Shown here: positions 58,324-64,000 of the stretch, one piece after another | Numbering within the stretch: position 1 is the first letter of the stretch | Layout: each line of letters opens with the position of its first letter | NCBI GenBank assembly: GCA_963704645.1 | Contig: OY969926.1 | Location: 1,024,001 to 1,088,000, forward strand | Source: an uncultured bacterium | GTDB taxonomy: Bacteria > Patescibacteriota > JACMRA01 | Direction: 5' to 3' | Length of the DNA: 64,000 nucleotides | Position numbers and translations under genes: made by a program | Notes under the pieces: model-generated | Seen by the model: the letters and a program-made list of their open reading frames with translations, nothing else | Database searches by the model: none | What the model was told of the DNA's origin: nothing

Positions 58324-58373
58324 CACCCAAATTACCAAACAACTTCATAAGTTTAAGGTAGGGTGGCTTTTTT
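58324..58373 (+). terminator. Long structured terminator shared with 20903-20951
   Basis: CACCCAAATTACCAAACAACTTCATAAGTTTAAGGTAGGGTGGCTTTTT. Confidence 0.85.
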
Positions 58374-58529
58374 ATTCCCAAAATTAATTAATGCGAATTT
58401 TTGATATTTCCAAACATACCAACTTCTTTTGACCGAACTTAATTTATTGGTCATAATAAGTAAAATTGCTAAAATAGTATCTTAAATACAACCTAAACAA
58501 AGAACAATAACACATAAATTTAGATTAAC

Positions 58530-59240
58530 ATGGACAGCCAGCTACAGACTTTAATTCAGAATACTCCTCATCTTTCTTTGGGGGATAAGTCTTTTTTGGT
58601 AGAAAAAATACACATGATGTCTCCTTTAGACAAACTAAAGTTAAGACAAAGTATTGAAACTGGCGTAGCCCCAGCTATTTTGCAACAACTACAATTAACC
58701 AGAGCCAAATTCTTCGACCAAGAAATTCCTAAACCCCCAGACGCTATTACCAAAGTAATTAACTCTGTTATTCCACCTAAGCCTAAAAAGGTAATTAGTT
58801 TCAGCGTTTTAAGTCAGCCTAACCTGCTTGGCGGACCAGTTCCACAAGCTGTAACTACAGACAAAGTTGCCGTAATTCAAAATTTATCTCAGTTTAACCA
58901 CCCTGCCCAGCTTTCCCAGCTGCACCCAAACCATGTAACTTTTAGTATTAATGATAACGCCGACCAGCTTATTCAAAATTTTCTAAACCAGCTAGACAGT
59001 GTATTCGAGAAAATTCCTAGTTTAAACGTTAGAAGATGCTATTTCATGAATTACCTGCAGTCGCCTTTATTTAGCAGTTATTTAAACACAGGTTTAACAG
59101 CACTTCGACACCCTGAATTGGAGCCAGCCAAAATTATTTTTAATTTGTTATATCAAATTGATCCAAACTATTTAAACACCAAGCAATTCACTCAAGCGGC
59201 CACGATTTCCAACCATTTAAGAGGTTTGTGCGGAATTTAA
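58530..59240 (+). CDS. Hypothetical protein
   Basis: 236-aa ORF with core-like codon usage. Confidence 0.75.
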   Translation: MDSQLQTLIQNTPHLSLGDKSFLVEKIHMMSPLDKLKLRQSIETGVAPAILQQLQLTRAKFFDQEIPKPPDAITKVINSVIPPKPKKVISFSVLSQPNLLGGPVPQAVTTDKVAVIQNLSQFNHPAQLSQLHPNHVTFSINDNADQLIQNFLNQLDSVFEKIPSLNVRRCYFMNYLQSPLFSSYLNTGLTALRHPELEPAKIIFNLLYQIDPNYLNTKQFTQAATISNHLRGLCGI

Positions 59241-59392
59241 AAAAAAGATTAAATAATTTAAGTGGCCGTGTTTGCTTGAGCCAATTTTGACAAGCTATTT
59301 AAAAAAATAACAAACTACATTTATCACCTTGCCTACAACTAGATCTTCAATAAAAATTAAAATTAACTAAACAACTAAATTAAATAAACAAT

Positions 59393-60052
59393 ATGTCCGC
59401 CAAAAAAGTACAATCTATTTTAAGCTTAATAGAAATTATTGAAAGCAACCTAAAAACTGCCAGAATTTTACTTACGCAACTAGCAGATGAAAAAGGAATT
59501 TCCACAACAACCGCTTCTACCCGCCCAGTAGCTAAAAGTGTAGATGAAGCCGAGGCTTTAGAAGTTGTAGAAGGTTACTTCGACGGCCAACAAATGATTG
59601 GTGACAACGGCCAAGTTTACATTGTTCCAGCTAACTATGCAAGTAAAACTCAGCTTGTGGTTGGAGATAGATTGAAATGGATTTTAACTCCGGAACGTGA
59701 AATTTATAAACCAATTTTACTTGCTCCAAGAGAAAGAGTTATTGGAACATTTACCGTTGAAGGAGAAGATTTTGTAGTTTTAGTAGATAAATTAGCCAGA
59801 CCTGTTAAAATTTTGAAGGCCAGTGCAACCTACGCAATTAAAAACCTTGGCTTACAAATTGGTGACGAAGTTTCCATTACCATTCCAAAAGAAGCAACGC
59901 CAACATGGGGAGCTTTTGGCAGTGTAGTAAAATCTGGTAGCAAAGATAAGGCAGTACTTGAAACTTCTAATGTTTCACAAGCACCTGCAGAATTAGATAA
60001 TTTAGAAGAATTTAAGCTTAACTCCTCAGACAATTTAAACGACTACTTCTAG
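59393..60052 (+). CDS. Conserved hypothetical protein of a type I recall from CPR genomes
   Basis: VEGYFDGQQMIGDNGQVYIVPANYASKTQLVVGDRLK motif. Confidence 0.75.
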   Translation: MSAKKVQSILSLIEIIESNLKTARILLTQLADEKGISTTTASTRPVAKSVDEAEALEVVEGYFDGQQMIGDNGQVYIVPANYASKTQLVVGDRLKWILTPEREIYKPILLAPRERVIGTFTVEGEDFVVLVDKLARPVKILKASATYAIKNLGLQIGDEVSITIPKEATPTWGAFGSVVKSGSKDKAVLETSNVSQAPAELDNLEEFKLNSSDNLNDYF

Positions 60053-60077
60053 GAATTTCTGAACAGAATTGAAATTT

Positions 60078-61604
60078 ATGAAAACAATTTTCCGTTCATT
60101 AAAAAAAGTTTTAGGCCCAAATTTAACCAATCAAGTAAGGCCATTGGGTCATGGTGTTAAGGGAATATTATCTAACTTTTGGTTTGGAAGTCCAACGCAC
60201 CAATTTACCTTAAGAGAAGTTTTTGGTAAATTAGTTGATTATCCTTTTTTCAACCCTGATATTAAATTAATTGGAATAAATGGAACCAAGGGTAAAACTA
60301 GCACTACAATTTTTACTGCCAAACTTTTAAATGCTGCTGGTATAAAAACCGGTTTTATTTCTACAGCTTTAATATATGACGGCGAAGATGAATTTTTAAA
60401 CCCTTATAAAATGGGTACTATTGATAGCTGGAAAATGAACCAGTTATTAGATAAAATGAGGTATAATAGATGTGATGTGATTGTTTTGGAAATGACTAGT
60501 CAGGGTTTAGAGCAAAACAGACACTGGGGTTTAAACAAATTTGGTACAGCTGTTTTTCTAAATGCTTTCCCAGAACATATTGAAGCCCACGGTAGCTGGG
60601 AAAAATACTTGCAAGCTAAAAGTAAATTATTTTCTCACACTAAAAAAGGAGCTAATATTTTTATTAATGGAGAAACAAAACAAGTTGAAAATTTTAACCA
60701 AATTACTGAAAATGTTAAAACAAGCCTATCCGATTCTTGGAATTTAGAAAAAATTGTAGAAGGCCAAGATTTTGAAATAATAAAAAATGATAACATATAT
60801 TTAAGTATTAAAATTAATGAAGTTATTTACCCAACTAAATTAGTAGCTAATTTTGAAGCTTTAGATTTATTTTTTGCTTGGAAAGTAGCAAGTTTGTATT
60901 CCAAAAATTTATTAGATTCTAAAGTAATTGCTAAAATATTTTCTGAAGTTGGGAATTTACCTGGCAGAATGGAATGGGTTATAAAAAATGGCCAGCAGGT
61001 TTATAAATCTGAAATTAATGAGGACAAGTCGTTAACTTCTAAACAAAAAGTGGATGGAGATCTTAGTGCAGATTCCTATACTGCTACATCAATTGAAAGT
61101 CTGACAAAAAATGGAGAAAAGAGCTTAGAAAATCTATCAATAATTGTAGATTACGCTCATGAGCCGGAAAGTTTAAAGTTAGTTCTAAATACTTTTCTTG
61201 AATGGAAAAAACAAAACAGGTTTGACTATATTATTCACGTTTTATCTTGCGACGGCGTTGGAAGAGATGATTGGAAAAAGCCAATCCTAGGAGATTTAAG
61301 CTATGAAAAAGCAGACTTCACAGTTTTAACAACAGACAATTATGGTGTTGATGATGATCCAAATGCAATAGTTAAACTTCTTTCACAGAATTACGATGTT
61401 AATTTAAATGGTACAAAATTTGTCTCAGACATTAACAGATTTCATGCTTTTAAACTGGCTTTAAATCAAGCTCAAAAAGTAGCATTAACTGGGAAAAAAG
61501 TTCTAGTATTTTCTACAGGTGTTGGAACAGAATTTGGCTTAACCCAACCAACTGGAATACTTGAATGGGATGAAAGACAAAAATGGTTGAAGGCCTATGA
61601 ATAA
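60078..61604 (+). CDS. murE: MurE-like Mur ligase
   Basis: INGTKGKTST, LEMTSQG, EHIEAH, YLQAK, PGRME, VDYAHEP, GRD. Confidence 0.85.
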   Translation: MKTIFRSLKKVLGPNLTNQVRPLGHGVKGILSNFWFGSPTHQFTLREVFGKLVDYPFFNPDIKLIGINGTKGKTSTTIFTAKLLNAAGIKTGFISTALIYDGEDEFLNPYKMGTIDSWKMNQLLDKMRYNRCDVIVLEMTSQGLEQNRHWGLNKFGTAVFLNAFPEHIEAHGSWEKYLQAKSKLFSHTKKGANIFINGETKQVENFNQITENVKTSLSDSWNLEKIVEGQDFEIIKNDNIYLSIKINEVIYPTKLVANFEALDLFFAWKVASLYSKNLLDSKVIAKIFSEVGNLPGRMEWVIKNGQQVYKSEINEDKSLTSKQKVDGDLSADSYTATSIESLTKNGEKSLENLSIIVDYAHEPESLKLVLNTFLEWKKQNRFDYIIHVLSCDGVGRDDWKKPILGDLSYEKADFTVLTTDNYGVDDDPNAIVKLLSQNYDVNLNGTKFVSDINRFHAFKLALNQAQKVALTGKKVLVFSTGVGTEFGLTQPTGILEWDERQKWLKAYE

Positions 61605-62961
61605 CTCACCCTGGCTTCATAATTTTGAATACAAAAGAAAAGTAAATTTTCTTAATCACAACCAAGATGTTGATATTTTAATTGTTGGTGGTGGAATTGC
61701 CGGAGTTTCAACAGCTTACTATTTACTGAAAAATACAAACAGTCGGGTTGGTATAATTGATGCTGGTAAAATTGCTCATGGCGCAACAGGGCACAATGCT
61801 GGGCAAATTGTTGGGGTTTTTGAAAGGCCTTTTTCTGACATTGTGAATGAATTTGGTTTAGAACTTTCTTTACAGGCGCAAACAGATATCAATTCTGGCT
61901 GGGAATTGCTAGATGAAATATTTTTTAATGAAGATTTAAAAACAGGCTATGCCAAAGTAAACGGCTACGCCGGTGTTAAAAATTGGGGTCAAGCAGAAAA
62001 CTTTTTACTAAACAAAAAAATTACAGATTCAAACAATTTACATTCTAGCACAGCCTTAATTAGTAAACAATTTGTAGAAAAAAATGGTATTCCCGAACAG
62101 TATTTAAGCATATTTCAGGAAATAGACGAGCAGGAAATATGGAAAATATTAGAAACAAACAACAAAGAATACTTTGCAGCTTTTGGTATTAGAAAAGGTG
62201 TTATGAATAGTGCCCAATTCTGTGAAGAAATGATAACCAAACTTAACTTAGAGTATTCCAACAGATTTACAGTTTGGGAAGACTCTTCAATTAAAGAAAT
62301 TATTTTACAAGAGGATTCAGTTTTATCTATTTCAGAAGCCGCTTTTGTTAATTCTAAAAAACTTATTTTATGCACCAATGGTTTTGAACATATTAAAATA
62401 AGTAACGAAGGAGGAAGAGATGTTTATAAAAAATTTAGGAAAAATGTAAGTGGCCGTATTGGCTATATGGCTGGATATGTTGAAGAAAAACAAAGAGCAC
62501 CTATAGCCACAAGTTACATTGTTTCTTCTTCCATCACCTCCGTATCAACCGCAGATGCCGACCCATATTACTATGTAACAAGAAGAGATTATGAATATTC
62601 AATAAATAAGCACAGCAGTTTGGTTTGCATTGGAGGACCAGAAAAAGCACTCCCAAATTCAGAACATTACCAAAAAGTTTTTAACGTACCAGAAAATTAT
62701 TACAGTGAAATAAGTCAATTTCTTCATAAAAATTTTGCATACGCACCAACTAGAATTGATTATAATTTCAAATGGCACGGACTAATGGGATACACTCAAA
62801 ACGGTATACGCTTAATTGGGCCAGAACCCGAGAACAAAAACCTACTCTACAATTTAGGCTGTAATGGAATTGGTATTTTGCCTTCCATTTACGGTGGTTG
62901 GAAAATTAGTCAATTTATTCTAAACAAGATAAAAACAAAATCCATCTTCGACCCAATATAA
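61597..62961 (+). CDS. FAD-dependent oxidoreductase (DAO family)
   Basis: IVGGGIAGVSTA, GATGHNAG, CTNG, WHGLMGYT, GCNGIG. Confidence 0.9.
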   Translation: MNNSPWLHNFEYKRKVNFLNHNQDVDILIVGGGIAGVSTAYYLLKNTNSRVGIIDAGKIAHGATGHNAGQIVGVFERPFSDIVNEFGLELSLQAQTDINSGWELLDEIFFNEDLKTGYAKVNGYAGVKNWGQAENFLLNKKITDSNNLHSSTALISKQFVEKNGIPEQYLSIFQEIDEQEIWKILETNNKEYFAAFGIRKGVMNSAQFCEEMITKLNLEYSNRFTVWEDSSIKEIILQEDSVLSISEAAFVNSKKLILCTNGFEHIKISNEGGRDVYKKFRKNVSGRIGYMAGYVEEKQRAPIATSYIVSSSITSVSTADADPYYYVTRRDYEYSINKHSSLVCIGGPEKALPNSEHYQKVFNVPENYYSEISQFLHKNFAYAPTRIDYNFKWHGLMGYTQNGIRLIGPEPENKNLLYNLGCNGIGILPSIYGGWKISQFILNKIKTKSIFDPI

Positions 62962-62970
62962 AAAATCGTC

Positions 62971-63053
62971 GTAGCGGCGACCCCACGTCGCCAAAATATT
63001 TTTGAATAAGTGAGAGAGATTCCAAAGAAACCAGTAGCGGCGAAGCTTGCGAG
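62971..63053 (+). repeat. GTAG-type REP remnants
   Basis: GTAGCGGCGACCCCACGTCGCC and GTAGCGGCGAAGCTTGC. Confidence 0.55.
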
Positions 63054-63144
63054 CATACGTGGTAAAAAATGAGGTGCGTCTCTAACAATATGTTTTAAAA
63101 TTAACCAATGTATCGGCAAGCCTATCTAGCCATTTACACTCAAA

Positions 63145-63873
63145 TTAACTTGCTGAAGCCTGAGGTTCCAAATAAAACTTATCCAAACAATTCTTAATAC
63201 TTTGCCTAACTTCTTGTACCGATTCAGATGCGTCAATAGCAAAAATATGGGCCATAGCTTCTAGTTGATAAATAAACAAAATTTTAGCGAAACACTTTTT
63301 ATATAAATTTCTATATCTAGCTACAGTCTTTTCAGCGTCCATATCCTCAGGTCTTTGAAATGGAGTTTGACCTAACTCACATTTTTCTAAAGCAGATTCA
63401 TAACTTGAGAATGGTTCAGTGTTGTTTGGAGCATAAAACCTGGTTTTAACTCTGTTTAAAATATCTTCTAAACTTAAATGCAAATGAAAGATTGTAACAG
63501 ATAAATTATTTTTAGCCAGAAATGATGACAGCCAATAAGCCTCAGTAATTTGCCTTCCAGGACCTTCAATTATTAAACCTTTTCCTTTTCTCACTGCATC
63601 AATAATTTTGTTTTCCACAACATATTTTAAATCTTCAAAATTTACTGGGCCAGTTTGCATTTCGTTTTCAATGCTTTTTGCTTTGGCATAATTTAAATCT
63701 GAACTTCCTTTTGATAAGGTTATTTTAACGAATTCACGTAACTCTGTTCCAAAGTCTAAATGCTCATATTCAGGTAAATATTCTTTCAAAAATTTGGTTT
63801 GCGTACCTTTTCCAGCAGCTGGTGGGCCATATAAAATTATAATCTTAGGAAAACTTGAACGCGTATGTGTCAT
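63145..63873 (-). CDS. adk: Adenylate kinase family protein
   Basis: YGPPAAGKGTQ, GTELR, EGPGR, FQRPED. Confidence 0.85.
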   Translation of the reverse strand: MTHTRSSFPKIIILYGPPAAGKGTQTKFLKEYLPEYEHLDFGTELREFVKITLSKGSSDLNYAKAKSIENEMQTGPVNFEDLKYVVENKIIDAVRKGKGLIIEGPGRQITEAYWLSSFLAKNNLSVTIFHLHLSLEDILNRVKTRFYAPNNTEPFSSYESALEKCELGQTPFQRPEDMDAEKTVARYRNLYKKCFAKILFIYQLEAMAHIFAIDASESVQEVRQSIKNCLDKFYLEPQASAS

Positions 63874-63937
63874 AAGATTATGTTAAACCACCTTTACATT
63901 TATTGCAAACACTTTAAAAATAAGATATAATAGGTTT

Positions 63938-64000
63938 ATGAAATTGCTTTTGAAGAAAATGTTAACATTTATTTTAGCCTTAACCATGCTACTATCTTTT
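63938..64000 (+). CDS. Partial secreted protein, runs off the window end
   Basis: MKLLLKKMLTFILALTMLLSF is signal-peptide-like. Confidence 0.55.
   Translation, partial: MKLLLKKMLTFILALTMLLSF

Noticed and set aside
62910-63119. 69-aa minus-strand ORF
   Set aside because: Spans REP remnants between convergent genes

Overview
AT-rich bacterial chromosomal segment in standard genetic code. Gene content suggests Patescibacteria/CPR (stand-alone VirB4-like ATPase and PrgI, TrmB-type regulator, scattered tuf, dnaN, frr, map, folD, murC, murE, adk; this is inference). Core genes alternate with about 18 small orphan ORFs built as self-contained cassettes (promoter, Shine-Dalgarno-like leader, intrinsic terminator), whereas the core genes inspected lack SD motifs. 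Two cassettes 37 kb apart have near-identical non-coding flanks but barely alignable proteins, and other cassettes sit between local duplications (HIT 3' end x3; a ~50-bp repeat x4-5). Also present: a 2671-aa surface polymorphic toxin with an internal signal-peptidase-like site before its toxin tip, followed by an immunity/defence array; three DNA-repair genes present only as halves (ligA-N, uvrC-N, UvrD/AddA-like-C); two REP-like palindrome families; and an IS481-family element inserted in a REP. No CRISPR array, tRNA, rRNA, integrase or reverse transcriptase was seen. All alignments were done by eye.
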